Shown: positions 11,486 through 26,039 of the stretch, piece by piece | Numbering within the stretch: the stretch's first letter is position 1 | Layout: each line of letters opens with the position of its first letter | NCBI RefSeq assembly: GCF_963921235.1 | Contig: NC_086097.1 | Coordinates: 238,640,001 to 238,704,000 of the forward strand | Direction of reading: 5' to 3' | Length of the DNA stretch: 64,000 nt | DNA from: Mobula hypostoma | Lineage: Eukaryota | Position numbers and translations under genes: made by a program | The notes under the pieces: model-generated | Told to the model about the DNA's origin: nothing | What the model saw: only the letters and a program-made list of their open reading frames with translations | Databases searched by the model: none

Positions 11486-12602
11486 ATGGTTATTCATTTA
11501 ACCACTGCATGATGAAAGTACATCAGTGTCAATGGCAGAATCAGAATCAGATTTATTACCGTCGGCATACAGTATGTCAAGAATTTGTTCTTGCATCACT
11601 GAGTATGCATCTTCAGGCTTGTGTACCTCCTTCCTGATGGTAACAATGAGAAAAGGGCATGAGAAGAGGCTGGTGAGAGTCCTTAATTATGGACTAATGC
11701 ACTGTTTCTTGAATATGTCTTGGATACTATGGAGGCTAGTATCCATGATGGAGCTGGCTAATTTTTCAAGTTCCTGCAACTTACTTCAGTCTTGGCAGTA
11801 GCCCGCCCCCCTCCCCCCCACCCCCACCAACCATACTAGTCAGAATGCTCTCCGTGGTACATTTGTAGAAGTTTTTGAGTGTTTTAGTTGACAAATCAAA
11901 TCTCCTCAAGCTCTAGCTGCAACAATATGTAATGTGTATCAATGTGATGCACAATAATCTTCTTCTGGGAAAGAACATTACATGAGAACATATGAAATAG
12001 GAGCAACAGTAGGTCATCTGGCCCATCAAGCCTGCTCCGCCATTCAATAAGATCATGGTTGATCTGACCATGGACTCTACTCCACCTACTTGCCTTTTTC
12101 CCCATCACCTTTAACATGTGCAAATATTATCAATCTATTTTGACTTTGCAACCTCGAATTTCACCAATTTCATATAAAATGACATTGAAAATACAAAATA
12201 CTATGAAGGTAACTTAAGAACATCAAGTGAATGAAGTAATTGAAAATTCTCTTTTAGCATTGAGGATTCATTTGCAAGTGTAGTGTTTTATTAGTTTTGC
12301 ATTAAAAGGTGAAAGTTAACAAACATATTCTGCAATTAAGGTATAGCAAGAGAAAAAGAAAATACTAAGCTTAACATGAGATCAATTAATAAGAAATTGC
12401 ATTTATTCATAATAATTGGTATTTTAGCCATTGGGTATTTTTGAAGAAGTTAGATAATTTAAGATTAGAGAATGAAAATTAACTTGTGATCTTACAGATA
12501 TCTGATCCATTTAATTTCTTCTCTCAACTATGTACTAGTAGAACAACTATTGAACAATTTAAAATTCATTGCCTGCATCTTGCCCACAGCAACTTACTAT
12601 TT

Positions 12603-13006
12603 TGCCCTCAATCGCAGGACTTTGCAGAGAGTGGTGCGGACAGCCCAGCGCGTCTGTAGGTGTGAACTTCCCACTATTCAGGACATTTACAAAGACAGGT
12701 GTGTAAAAAGGGCCTGAAGGATCCTTGGGGACCCGAGTCTCCCCAGCCACAAACTGTTCAGCTGCTACCATCCAGAAAAAGGTACCACAACATAAAAGCC
12801 AGGACCAACAGCCTCCAGGACTAAAAGACTGCTTAGCTAATGCTGACACAGCTGTATTTCTATGTTATATTGACTATCCTGTTGTACATACTATTTATTA
12901 TAAATTACTATAAATTGCACATTGTACATATAGACAGACATAACGTAAAGATTTTTACTCCTCATGTATATGAAAGATGTAAGAAATAAAGTCAATTCAA
13001 TTCAAT
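12603..13006 (+). mobile_element. Rex1/Babar-like LINE 3' end
   Basis: LQRVVRTAQR-type coding remnant; ends in AATAAA followed by an (AATTC)n tail. Confidence 0.7.
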
Positions 13007-13971
13007 TTTCTAAATCATGATTAGCAGTTGTGCCTTCAAACAACAAAAAACAATATTTTTTAACCTTTTTCCACAAGGACTGTAGAAGAGATGTCACATA
13101 TTAAATGCTTGGAGGATTATGAATAGGTTGTTGATGATTCCAGTGGTGTAAAATTGGTATTTTAAAGCAGCTGAACTCAAAAAATGTTTGAATGCCTGGA
13201 AGAACACAACATACTAAGTGTTTTTGAGAGAATCCTCTGCTAAAAAGAATCATTGTGCTGGAGGCATAGGCTGTATTTTCAGAAAGGAGGTGGTGAATCT
13301 AATTAGAAGGGGTGGAGTCAAGCAACAATCAATGGATAAGCTGAGTCCTTGAATCAACAATGTTATGAGATTGAACTTAACTACTAGGAAAAGATCAATG
13401 TCGTAACTGCTGTGTCCAAGTCCAGCAGTGGGTGGAAGGATGTGGTCATGGTGATTGGGAAGAGAGAGGACACACGGCTCAGTGTTGGGGACATGCCTAG
13501 TGTAACCCTGACCCACTGGATATCATTGAGAATGTCCAAAACGTTTCACAATACCAGAAGAAAAATAGTTTCAGTGACTGATTGCTCAGCTTTCTAAAAC
13601 ATACCCTATCATACAGAAGATATTTTAGAATGTGACAGAATGTGTTAAGTCTTAGAATTTCTGGACTTACATCCTTCTGAAGGATGTACTATTGGAGATC
13701 TTAATAATGTATTATTATTACTTTGAATAACTATTGTGTATTTAAAAGCATTAATATTGTGCATTGTCTTTCAGCAGAACATTCAACAAATTTATTATTA
13801 TTATTCCCTGATCAGAATTTCAGACACGGTTCCAAATGTTATTTTATCAATGTGCCCAAAAATTCACAATAGCAGTAATTCCCATTATGTCCTTAAGATC
13901 ACCCACCATTGCTGTGAAACTTTATGGCCTATGGTATATTTGAGCACGTTTACATACGTTAGGCCAGGTAG

Positions 13972-14870
13972 TGAGTCATTGAGTATATTTAAAGTAGAAG
14001 TTGATAGGTTGTTGATTAGTCAGGGCAGTAAAGATTAAAGGGAAAAGGCAGGAGGAAGGGGTTGAGAGGGATAATAATTCCGACATTATGGAATGGCAGA
14101 GACTCAGTAGGCTGAATGGCCTAATTCTACTCCTATGTATTATGGCTTTATCGCTCTGACTCATCCCATCGACCTGCACCCTGGTCATAGACCTCCATAC
14201 CCCTCTCAGTAATGTACATATCCAAATTTCTCTTAAATATTAAAATTAAACCCACATCCACCAATTCATATGGCAGCTTGATCCACACTCTCACCACCCT
14301 CTGAGTTAAGATGATCCTCTTCATGGTTGACTCAACAGTTCACCTTTCACCTTTAACCAAGGACCTCTAATTCTAGTCTCACCGAACCTTAGTAGGAAAA
14401 GGCCTGCTTGTATTTACCCTATCTATGCCCTCATAATTTTGTATAGCTCTATCAAATCTCCAATCATTGTGTTATGCCCTGGAGATAAATTCCTAACCTT
14501 TTCTTACAAATCAGGTCCTCTAGTCTTTAAGACCATAAGATATAGGAAAAGAATTAGGCCATTTGGCCCATCGAGTCTGCTCCATCATTTCATCATGGCT
14601 GATCCAATTTCCCTCTCAGACCCCATCTCCTGCCTTCTCCCTGTATCCTTTCTTGCCCTGACCAATCAAAAATCTATCAACCTCTGCTTTAAATATACAT
14701 AAATTTGTGGCCTCCACAGCTGCCTGTGGCAAAGAATTCCACAAATTCACCACTCTCTGGCTAAAGAAATTCCTCATCTCCATTCTAAAAGGACAACCCT
14801 CTATTCTGAGTCTGTGTCCTCTGGTATTAGACTCTCTCACCACAGGAAACATCCTCTCCAGATCCACACT
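13972..14870. mobile_element. Cluster of three CR1 3' fragments in mixed orientation
   Basis: FKVEVDRLLISQG (+) at ~13985; ORF 14616-14867 (-) NFFSQRVVNLWNSLP; a third minus-strand piece at ~14160-14500. Confidence 0.8.
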
Positions 14871-16790
14871 TCATGACCTCTGACACCTGGAACTTCTACA
14901 GTGAAGAATGATGCAAAATACTTTCCAGATCATCCACCGTTTTGTTGCTTCCCATTACTACCTCTCCAGCATAAATTTCCAGCGGCCCGATATCTACTTT
15001 CTGCCTCTCTTTTACATTTTATGTATCAGAAGAAACTATTGCTAACCCCTTTAATATTATTGGCTAGCTTACTTTCGTATTCCAGCTTTCCCTTCATAAT
15101 GACTTTGTTAGTTGCCTTCAGCTGGTTTCTAAAAGCTTCCACATTCTCCTTATGCCTCTGTAATTCCCCTTACTCCACTCTAATACTGATACATCTGACT
15201 TTAGCTTCTTCTGGTGGCCTCAACCACGAGCTGCTCTCAAAGCCACTCTAGAAATTTCTCCCCGTAATCCAGCACCAAATTAATTTTCCCAATCTACCTG
15301 CAAATTGAGGTTGCCCATGTCCATTGTAACATTGCCCTTTTGGCATGCATTTTCTATTACCCATTGCAATTTGTAGTCCACATCCTTACTACTGTTTGGG
15401 GGTCTATATACAACTCTCATCAGGGTCTTTTTACTTCTGCAGTTCCTCAGCTCTATCTGAAATGATTAAACACCTTCCAGCCCTATGTCACCTCTTTCTA
15501 ATGATCTGATTTCACTTTTTTTTTTACCAACTTCGGACTCTGCCTTCCTGCCTATCCTTTCGATACAATGTGTATCCTGGACATTAAGCTCTCATCTATA
15601 ATCTTTCAGCCATGATTCCATGATGCCTCCAACATTATAACTGCCAATCTGCAACTGTGCTGCAAGTTCATCCACCTTATTCCATATACTACTTGCATTC
15701 AGATATAAATCCTTCAGTCCTGTATTCAGCCTTTTCAATTTTATCTCACCATGCTCAACCTTTTGATTCCTAACTTTGTCTGCGGTTTTATCAACATCTG
15801 CCTCCACAACCTCTCCACTAACTGTCCTGGCACTCTGGTTCCCATCACCCTGCAACTCTAGTTTAAACCGCACCATGCAGCATTTGAAAACTTCCACGCT
15901 AGGAAATTAGTCCCCCTCCAGTTCGGGTGCAAACCGTTCCTTCTGTACTCATCCCACTTTCCCTGGAAGAGAGCCCAATGATCCAAAAATTTTATGCCCT
16001 CCTTCCTGCACCAACCCCTGAGGTACATATTAACCTGTATAATCTTACAGCATGCTTAGCAATCCTGAGATCACAGGATCACTAGATGTCCTGTCCTTGA
16101 ATTTAGCACCTAACTCTCTGAACTTACTATGCAGAACCTCATCATTCACCCTACCCATGTCGTTGGTACTTACATGGACCATGACTTCTGGCTGTTCACC
16201 CCCCCACTTAAGAATGCTGAACTCTGACACCCAGGAGGCAACATTCCATCTAGGAATCTCATTCTAGCCCGCAAAATCTCCCGTCCGTTCCCCTAACTAA
16301 CGAATCGCCTATCACCTCAGCCTGCCTCTTCTTCCCCCTTCCCTTCTGAGTCACAGAGGCAGACTCAGTGCCGGAGACCTGACACTGTAACTTTTCTCTG
16401 TTGGGTCATTCCCCCCTCCCCCTCCCCCCCGGACCAACAGTATCCAAAGTGATATCCTTGTTGTTGAGGGGGATGGCCAGGGGGATTCTGCACTGGCTCC
16501 TTAACACCTTTCCCCTTCCTGACTGTGACACAGACAAGTCCGTCCTGTTTGAGCACTGCCATGATATTTCCCTGACTAGTAATGCCACACCTCTCCCACT
16601 CCATCGCGTCTAGAACAACAGAACCCAAGGAATATGGAGTTGCCAGTCTCAACCCTCCTGCAGCCATATTTCAATCCCATAATTCCACATGCTGATTCGT
16701 GCCCTCAGTGTACCTGCCTTTCCTACAATACTCCTCGCACTGAAATATACATAATCTAGAACACTAATCCCAACATACTTAACGTTTTGG
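14870..16790 (-). mobile_element. Decayed CR1 5' region, including ORF1 SGNH esterase-like and endonuclease remnants
   Basis: EQPEVMVHVSTNDMGR (ORF 16045-16230); LYLNASSIWNKVDEL..IMESWL (15592-15897); YFSARSIVGKA (16649-16834). Confidence 0.75.
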
Positions 16791-16972
16791 TTTATGAATT
16801 TGCCTGTAGGATTAACAACATCTTTTCCCCACAACTGTTCTACTATCTGTCCTGGTTCTTATCCTCCTGCAGCTCTAGTTCCCAACACATGCAAATGTAT
16901 ATGCTGAATAAATTGGCCTTTGATCTTTACAGAATTGCTCCTGAACCTGTAATTAGAAACTGATTATTGAGT

Positions 16973-17382
16973 AAACATGAGAAAATCTGCAGATGCTTAA
17001 AATCAAGGTAACACACACAAAATGCTGGAGGAACTCAGCAGGCCAGGCAGCATCTATGGAAAAGAGTACAGTTGACATTTCGGGCTGAGGCACTTTGTCA
17101 GGCTGGAAAAAAGAGACAAAAAGTCAGATTAAGAGGGTGGAGGGAGGGGTGGAAGAAGTACAAGGTGGTAGGTAATAGGTGAAACTGGGGGTGGAGGTGG
17201 TGGTTGAAATAAAGAGCTGGGAAGTCAATTGCTGAAACAGATAGAGGGCTGGAGAAGGGGGAATCTTATAAGAGAGAACAGAAGGCCAGGGAAGAAAGGG
17301 AAGGGAGAAGAGCACCTGAGAGAAGAGGTGGGCAGGTAAGTGAGAGAGGGAACGGGAATGAGGAATGGAGGAGGAGGGTGGG
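16973..17382 (-). mobile_element. Old PLE-derived 3' fragment
   Basis: AATCTGCAGATGCT..TGCTGGAGGAACTCAGCAGGCCAGGCAGCATCTATGG, then a purine-rich tract. Confidence 0.75.
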
Positions 17383-17419
17383 GTAAATATTTTATTGCTT
17401 TGATTTCAAATTATTCACA

Positions 17420-18015
17420 CCATGTTGAGGCTTTACAAAGCCTCTCTGGTGAGGCCTCACTTGGAGTATTGCGAGCAGTTTAGGGCCCCTTATTCAAGAA
17501 AGGATATGCTGACATTGGAGAAAGTTCAAAGGAAGTTCATGAAAATAATTCTGGGAGTGAAAGGCTTGTCAAGTGAGGAGTGTTTGATGGCTCTGGGCCT
17601 GTACTCGCTGGAATTCAGAAAAATAAGGGGTACCTCATTGAAACCTACCGAATATTGAAAGGCCTTGATAAAGTGGATGTGGAGAGGATGTTTCCTATGG
17701 TGTGAGGGTCTAAGACCAGAGGGAATAGCCTCATAATAGAGGGGCATCATTTTAGAATGGAGATAAGGAGAAATTTCTTTAGCCAGAGAGCGGTGAATCT
17801 GTGGAACTTGTTGCCACAGACGACTGTGGAGACCAATTCTTTTGGTATATTTACAGCAGAGGTTAATTGATTCTTGATTAGTCAGGGTATGAAGAGATAC
17901 AGAGAGAAGGCAGGAGATTGGGGCTGAGAAGGAAAATAGATCAGCCATGATGAAATGGCGAAGGAGACTCGATGGGACAAATGGCCCAATTCTGTTTCTG
18001 TATCTTATGATTTTA
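17420..18015 (+). mobile_element. CR1 3' fragment
   Basis: LVRPHLEYCEQF..LGLYSLEFR in ORF 17422-17658, followed by the CR1 3' UTR. Confidence 0.88.
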
Positions 18016-18629
18016 TGAAGAAAAAGCAAAATATTATTGCAAAGTTTGTATGATTTGAAATGAAAGGGGTAAATCTGAAGGCACAAAAGACAGATCATAA
18101 ATTGACATTGAACTGTACAGGGTTCAGTGTAATATTTAAGTATCTTCCACATCAAGTATACCATAAAAGCTAGATTAAGTATACAATAAAGTTCAAATTT
18201 TCAGTTCAAATGAAGATTATATTGTCAGCTTTTATAACCATTCTGCTCATTTTTTCAGTAATCATTTCTCACTAAAGGTAAATCATTCAATTTATCAGAG
18301 CTTAGTGCCAGATAGGATAGATTGGAGCTTAAAAGTCCATTTGTTCTTTTATGATTGTGCAGATATTTTTGCTACAATGGAACAACAATTTAAAGACTGT
18401 TAAAGCAAATACAACTTACATTGACGCTGCATGAAAATTGTGTAAGGTTGAGCAGTAAAGTATAATGGTCAATTAAACCAAAACTTGGGCCAAATGTAAA
18501 TAGCGTAGTGTAACAGAAACATAGCTTTAAAGTGAATGTCAACAGTGGTGTTGTTTAAAGCAGATGTATAACATGGGAAAAACAAGGAGGCCAGACGCTG
18601 ATAGATAGAAAGAAAAATGGTGTTCAAAT

Positions 18630-20845
18630 GGGGAAGGGGTGACCTGTGCAAGTGGGATGGATTGCAACGGAACTGGATGGGAACCAATATCCTGGGAGAA
18701 AGGTTTGCGAGTGCTGTTGGGGGAGGGTTTAAACTAAATTTGTAGGGGGTGGTAATTGAAGTGAAGAGGCAAAGGATGGGGTAGTTTGTAGGGAGTTTGT
18801 AAGGAAGGTTAGGCAGGCGATAGATGGTTTGACATGTGTCTATTTTAACGCAAGGAGTACCATAAACAAGGCTGATGAACTCAGAGCGTGGATCAATATA
18901 CGGAACTATGACATTGTGGCCATTACAGAGACTTGGATGTCTCAGGGGCAGGAATGGCTGCTGAGTGTGTCGGGCTTTAGATGTTTCAAAAAGGACAGGG
19001 AGGGAGGCAAGAGGGGTGTGGGAGCGGCACTGCTAATCAGGGATAGTATCACGGCTGCAGAAAAGGAGGAAGTCATGGAGGAATTGTCTACTGAGTCAGT
19101 GTGGGTGGAAGGCAGAAACAGGAAGGGGGCAATAACTCCACTGGGTGTTTTTTATAGACCACCCCCCCCCCCCAGTATGAACAGGGACATCGAGGAGCAG
19201 ATAAGGAGGAAGACTTTGGAACAGTGCAATAATAATGATGGGTGATTTTAAGTTTCCTAATATTGACTGGCATCTCCTGAGAGCAAGGGGTTTATTTGGG
19301 GTGGAGTTTGTTAGGTGTGTTCAAGAAGGTTTCCTGACACAGTATGTAGATAAGCCAACTGGAGGAGATGCTGTACTTGATCTGGTGTTGGGAAATGAAC
19401 CTGATTAGGTGTCAGATCTCTCGGTGGGAAAACACTTTGGAGGTAGTGATCAGAACTCTTTCTCCTTTACCATAGCACTGGAGAGGGATAGCAGCAGATA
19501 ATTTGGGAAAACATTTAATTGGGGTGGGGGGAAATATGGTGCTATTAGGCAGAAACTTGAGAGCAGATATTCTCAGGGAAATGCACGGCAGCAAAGTGGC
19601 AAATGTTCAGGGAACTTATGCATGGCGTTATGCATAGGTATGTTCTATTGAGGCAGGGATATGATGGTAGGGTAAAAGAACCATGGTGTACAAAGGATTT
19701 AGAACATCTAGTTCAGTCAAAAGAAAAGCTTACAAAAGGTTCAAGAAAGTAGGCACTATTAGAGGTCTAGAAAACTAAGGATTTTCCTGGAGGACCACAT
19801 GGAGGGCAGTGACCAGTGATGTTCCACAGGGACCTGTTCTGGGACCCCTCCTCTTTGTGATTTTTATAAATGACTTGGATGAGGAAGTAGAAGGGTGGGT
19901 TAGTAAGTTTGCTGATGACACAAACATTGCAGTGTTGTGGGTAGTCTGAAGGGTTGTCAGATGTTACAGCGGGACATTGATAGGATTCAGAACTGGGCTG
20001 AGAAGTAGCAGATGGAGTTCAACCCAGATAGGTGTGAAATTGTTCATTTTTGGTAGGTCAAATTTGAAGACAGAATATAGTATTAATGGTAAGCCTCTTG
20101 GCAGTGCGGAGGATCAGAGAGATCTTGGGGTCCATGTCCATAGAACACTCAAAGCTGCTGCGAAGGCTGACAGTGTTGTTAAGAAGACGTATGGTGTGTT
20201 GGCCTTCATCAACCGTGGGATTGAGTTCAAGAGCCGTGAGGTAATGTTACAGCTATAAAAGACCTTAGACAGACCCCAGTTGGAGTACTGTGTTCATTTC
20301 TGGTCACCTCACTACAGGAAAGATGTGGATACTGTAGAGGGAGTGCAGAGGGGATTTGCAAGGCTGTTGCCTGGATTAGAGAGCATGCCTTACGAGAATA
20401 GGCTGAGTGAACTTGGTCTTTTCTCCTTGGAGCGACGGAGGATGAGAGGTGACCTGATAGAGGTGTATAAGATGATGAGAAGCATTGATCATGTGGATAG
20501 CCAAAGGCTTTTTCCTAGGGCTTAAATGGCTAACACGAGGGGGCATAGTTTTAAGGTGTTGGTACAGGGGGGATGTCAGAGGTAGGTTTTTCACACAGAG
20601 AGTACTGGGTGTGAGGAGTGCACTGCCAATGATAATGGTAGAGGTGGATACAATAGGGACTTTTAAGAGAGTCTTAGATAGGTACATGGAGTTAGAAAAT
20701 TAGTAAGGGTGCTGAAAGTTATGGGGAAAAGGCAGGAGAATGGGGTTGAGAGGATTATTAAAACAGCTATGATGGAATGATGGAGCAGACCCATTGGGCT
20801 GAGTGGCCTAATTCTACTCCCATTTTTAATGGTCTTATAGCCTCT
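18630..20845 (+). mobile_element. CR1 with internal deletions (ORF1 end, endonuclease, RT C-terminus)
   Basis: YFNARSTINKADEL..DIVAITETW..GVFYRPP (18829-19245); RT ORFs at 19977-20703. Confidence 0.9.
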
Positions 20846-21502
20846 TATGCTTTGAAATTAAATCTTGAATGTAAAACAAACTATGACATCTTTGAAAAAA
20901 AAAACTAATTTTTTCATCTTTGTGCTTGGTTTCCTCTGTTCTCAACCTTAAAGAGGTTATCATATTCATTAGGGGCAAACTGAATTTCATAGCTTAACAA
21001 TTATTTATCAATTTGTTTTTTAAGAAAACAAGACCAGAACAGGTGAGAGCAAAGATATATATTTTTTCAGATTGTATGAATAAACTCATTACCGGTTACT
21101 TTCCCCAAGCAGTAACACCGATTGACACCTCCCTCCCACTAGTCCACACCTCCACACCCTTTCTATATCATTTCCTTTCAGTTACCTTCTGTACAAACAC
21201 TCTGGTGCCCAGCTTTACTTTATGGGCATTTGGACATCTTCTGTATTTATTGTGTTTTTTTTTAATTATTATTATTATTGTGTTCTTTATCTTATTGTGT
21301 TTTTTGTGCTCTATCAGATCTGGAGTAACAATTATTTCAAACTCCATTTCACTTGTGTGTTGGAAATTACATTAAACAATCTTGAACCTAAACTATAATG
21401 TAAAACATGGCATTTTGAAATTAACTCCCATCCTCTGCCCAATATCTTTGCCAAGAAAAAACAATTCTGAAAAATGACAAATGGGTAATGAACCAGGATG
21501 TT

Positions 21503-21575
21503 CAGTACTGTGCAAAAGTATCAGGCACATTCTGTGTATATAACTAGTGGTACCCAAGACTTTTGCACAGAACTG
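21503..21575. mobile_element. 73-bp Tc1/mariner-type MITE
   Basis: TIRs CAGTACTGTGCAAAAGT and ACTTTTGCACAGAACTG (16/17 match); TA immediately to the right; a half copy lies at ~10650-10675. Confidence 0.75.
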
Positions 21576-21719
21576 TATTTGACAACGAGGAGCAGAGAGT
21601 GAGTTTGTAAATCTGGCAGGAGCAAAGGCGGTTGGATTCCCTTCCCCTTTTCCAAACTATGATTCCCCTCTCCCTGTCCTTTTCCCACTCTCGGTCCACA
21701 ATAGAAACCCATATCAGAA

Positions 21720-23312
21720 TCATAGAGTCATAGAGTTAGAGACAAATACAGAAACAGACCTTTTGACCTATCTAGTTTGTGTTGAACCATTTAAACTGCC
21801 TACTCCATCTGACTAACACCAGGACCATACCCCCCATAGCCCTACCATCTATGTACCTATCCAAGCTTCTCACAAATACTTAGATCAAGCTTGCATGCAC
21901 CACTTGTACTGGCAGCTCATTCCACACTCTCACAATCCTCTGAATGAAGAAGTTTCCCATCTTGTTCCTCTTAGCCCATGACCTCTGGTTGTAGTCCCAC
22001 CAAATCTCAGTGGAAAAAGCCTGCTTGCTTTAGTTACCCTATCTGTACCCCTCATAATTTTATATACCTCTGTCAAATCTCCTCTCAGTCTTCTACGTTC
22101 CAAGGAATAAAGTCCTAACCTATTCAATACTTCCTCATGACTCAGACCTTGTAACATCTTTGTAAATTTTCTTTGTACTCTTTCAACCTTATTTACATCT
22201 TTCCTGTAGGTAGGTGACCAAATCTGCAGCTTCAGCAATGTCTTATGCAACTTCCACATAACATCCCTTCTCGTGTACTCAATATTTTGATTTATGAAGA
22301 CCAATGTGCCAAAAGCTTTCTTTGCAACCCGATCTATCTGTGATAATACTTTCAATGAATTGTAGACCTGTATTCCAAGATCCCTTTGTTCTACCGCATT
22401 CTTTGGTGCCATACCGTTTACTGTGTAAGAACTACCCTAGTTGGCTGACTTAAGTACAACACCCAGTACTTACTTGAATTAAATTCCATCTCACATTTTT
22501 CGGTCCATTTTTCCAGCAGGTCCAGATCTCACTGCAAGGCATGATAGTCTTCCTCACTGTCCACTACATCCCTTAAACTTGGTGTCATCTGCAAATTTTC
22601 TGATACAGATAATCACATTATCACCCAGATCATTGATGTAGATGACAAACAATAGACCCAGCAATGATCCCTGTGGCACTCCACAAGTCATAGGCATCCA
22701 GTCAGAGAGGCAACCATCTACTACCACTCTCTGACTTCTCTCACAAAACCAATGTCTAATCCAATTTGCTACCTCATCTTGAATGCCAAGTGACTGAACC
22801 TTCTTGGCCAACCTCCCAGGCAGGACCTTGTTAAATGCCTTGCTAGAATCCATGTAGACAACATCCACTGCCTTGCCTTCATCAACTTTCCTGGTAACTT
22901 CCTCAACCAACTTGATTATATTGGTTGGACACAACCTACCATGCACAAGGCTATCTTGACTATCCCTAATCAGTTCCTATCTATCCAAATACTTATACCT
23001 TCCAATAACTTATCCCATACTAATGTCAGGCTCATCACCCTATCATTTTCTGGTTTACATTGAGAGGCTTTCTTGAACAGCAAAACAACATTGGCTCCAA
23101 TCCTCTAGTACCTCACCTGCCCCTAAAATTGATTTAAATACTTCTGCCAGGGCCTGGCAATTTCTGTACTTGCCTCCCGTTGGGTTCGAGGGAACACAAT
23201 GTCAGACCCTGGGGATTTATCCAACTTAATTTGTCTCAGCACAGCGACCATCTCCTCCTCTGCAATCTGTATGGGTTCCATGAAGTTGATACCACCTTGC
23301 CTCACTTCTAAA
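21720..23312 (-). mobile_element. Decayed CR1 RT region and 3' end
   Basis: ORF 22554-22946 (DVVYMDSSKAFNKV..GVPQGS..KFADDTK) and ORF 21930-22412. Confidence 0.88.
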
Positions 23313-23599
23313 TAAATTAGCACAGTACCAAAGATCAGAAAAATTAATATATTTTTATGTAACATTTAATTTGAAATGATAGAAAATATGTCATAATAAA
23401 CATTTTATGGAGGCCTTAAGTATTTTATGAACCATGGAACAATTTATATTGGCTGTTGTAATCTTGCACTTTATTTCACTGCACTTTGCTGAAATGCAGT
23501 CATCCAAAACCCGTCATTGGTGGGAAGACCACGTAGAAGAGTCGAGATTGCCAGGTTGCCAAATTCAGTAATACTTCCTTAACCTGTCTGAGTATTCAG

Positions 23600-25450
23600 T
23601 AATTCGGCCATGCCTCAAGAAGGCAACATCCATCATGAAGGACCCTGAACACCCAGGACATGCTCCCTTCCCATTACTACCATCAGAAGGGACGGGAGTC
23701 TGAAAATACACATACAGAACTTCAGGAGTGGCTTAATCCCTTCCGCAATGAGATTTCTGAATGATCCTTGAACCCATGAACATGACCTCATTAGTTTGCT
23801 CTTGTTTTTGCACAACTTAATTGTTTATATTTCTTTTTGTAACTTTTAGCTATTTTTGTCTTTTGACCTGTACTATTGCTGCAAGGCAACAAATTTTATG
23901 ACACACGTTCATAAGGCCATAAGATGCAGGAGCAGAATTAGGCCATTTAGCCATTTGAGTCTGCTGCACCATACCATTTTGACTGATTTATTATCCCTCT
24001 CAATTCTATTCTTCTGCCTTCTCCCCACAACTATTGATGCCCTTCGTAGACTCCTTCCCCTCCCCCCATCGTTTTTATTCAGGCATCTTCTCCCTTCCTC
24101 CTCTGTATGGAAGAAGGATCTAATCAAGAACCCATCAACCTTTGCTTTAAATGTACCCAATGACTCGGCCTCCACAGCTGTCTGTGGCAATGGATTCCAC
24201 AGATTCACCACCCTCTGGCTGAAGAAATTCCTCCTCATCTCTGCTCCAAATGGACGTCCTTGTATCCTGAGGTTGTGTCCTCCGGTCTGAGACTCCCAAC
24301 TATAAGAAGCATCATCCCCACGTCCATCCTATCTTGTGTCTTTCAGTATTCAGTCAGTTTCAATGAAACATCCCCCCTCCCCATTCCCCAATCTTCTAAA
24401 ATCCACCCAGTACAGTCCCAAAGACATCAAATGCTCCATGAAATTTAACTTGGACAAATGCAAAGTGATGAATTTTAGGAAGTTACAAAGAACAGGACAT
24501 ACACAGTGGTTGACAGGGTTTTGAGGAATATTGTAAATCAGAGAGATCTCTGGGTACAAGTACATAGTTCCCAGAGAGGTCATGAAGAATCTGTTTGGCA
24601 CTCTTAGTTTCATTGGTCAGGGCAATGAGTACAAGAGTTGAGATGTCATGTACATGGTATTGGTGAGTATTGTGTGGTGTTCTGGCCATCATACTAAGGG
24701 AATGACATGATTTAGATTAGATTATGAGAACACTCAGTCCTCGTTTATTGTCATTTAGAAATGCATTTAGCAAGAAAGAGTGCAGTAAAGATTTACAAGG
24801 GTGGTGCTGAGACTGAAGGTTTGGTTTAGAAGGAGGAACTGGAAAGCCTAGGTGTGTTTTTCCTGGAGCAAAGGTGTCTGAGGGGTCATTGTCATTGTTT
24901 TCTTCTCAGCATACGGCAGTCAAGGACTGGAGGCCATAGGTTCCTTGTTCTCCAGCTCCTGATCTTTCCCCACACACCTGACACCTTCCAGCCAGATTCC
25001 TTCCCCTCCCCCACCCTTTTTATTATAGTGTCTTCCCCCTTTCCTCTCTGTATGGAAGTAAGGTCTTGGCCAAAATGTCAATGATTTATTCATTTCCATA
25101 GATGCTGCCTGACCTGCTGAGTTCCTCCATGATCTTGTGTGTGTTTCTTTGCATTTTCATTGTCTGCAGACTTTCTCGTGTTTGCAGGTTGAACGTGAGG
25201 GGGAAAATTTTAAAGGGAACTAAACTGTAAATTTTTCCAGATGGTTAGAGTTAGGGTGTATGGAACAAGCTACTGGAGGAAGTAGTAATGGCAGGTAATA
25301 TTTGGACAGGTACAAGGATAGAAGAGGTTTACAGACATATGGATCAAATGCAGGCAAAGGAGACTCGCTCGGGTAGGCATCTTGTTCAGGCATCAAAAGT
25401 TACTCTGAAGGGCCTGTTTCCACGCAATGTAACTCTATGACTTTGACTAT
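23600..25450. mobile_element. Nested mosaic of Rex1-like 3' end, CR1 fragments on both strands and PLE-derived pieces
   Basis: CR1 motif NFFSQRVVNLWNPLP (ORF 23909-24238); PLE terminus ATAGATGCTGCCTGACCTGCTGAGTTCCTCC at ~25098-25130. Confidence 0.7.
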
Positions 25451-26039
25451 AACACAAAACAATTAGTGCACACAAATTAAAGTACTCCAAAATACCACTT
25501 CTGTTTACACTTTCCATACCAATTTAAGCCTAAATTGAGATAAAATGGCTCTTAAGAATTTATAAAAAGGGCTGCGCCTAATATTAGCTGGCGTTAAGTT
25601 ATCATTACTGTAATTAAAGTTCCCATGATTTGGTTCATGTTTAAACCAGGGGCAGATTTTGTATCAATTATACTCATTATGTGAATCGCCCACTTTGTAT
25701 TCTCTTTCGAAAAACAGAGGGATGTTGAAGGCATTATTCCAAAATCCAATTAGAGTAAATAACCGGCTTTTTACACTTGGCCAATTGTCATGATTGTACT
25801 GTAAATACACGGCAAATGTCAATTCATAGCTAACTGATGAGCAGCATCCTACTCATTGTAGCAAAATAGGGATTCACTGAAGGCTTGATCTGGCTTTCAT
25901 TAGACTTGAAAATGCCAAATCTACATAACACATCCTTCTGCCCATGAGAACGCCCTCTTAGCTGCATTTCCAAAACTTACAAGTCACGGCAAACTGAGCT
26001 GATGCCAAAAGTAAACACAATGGTAAACAAAGTAAAACA

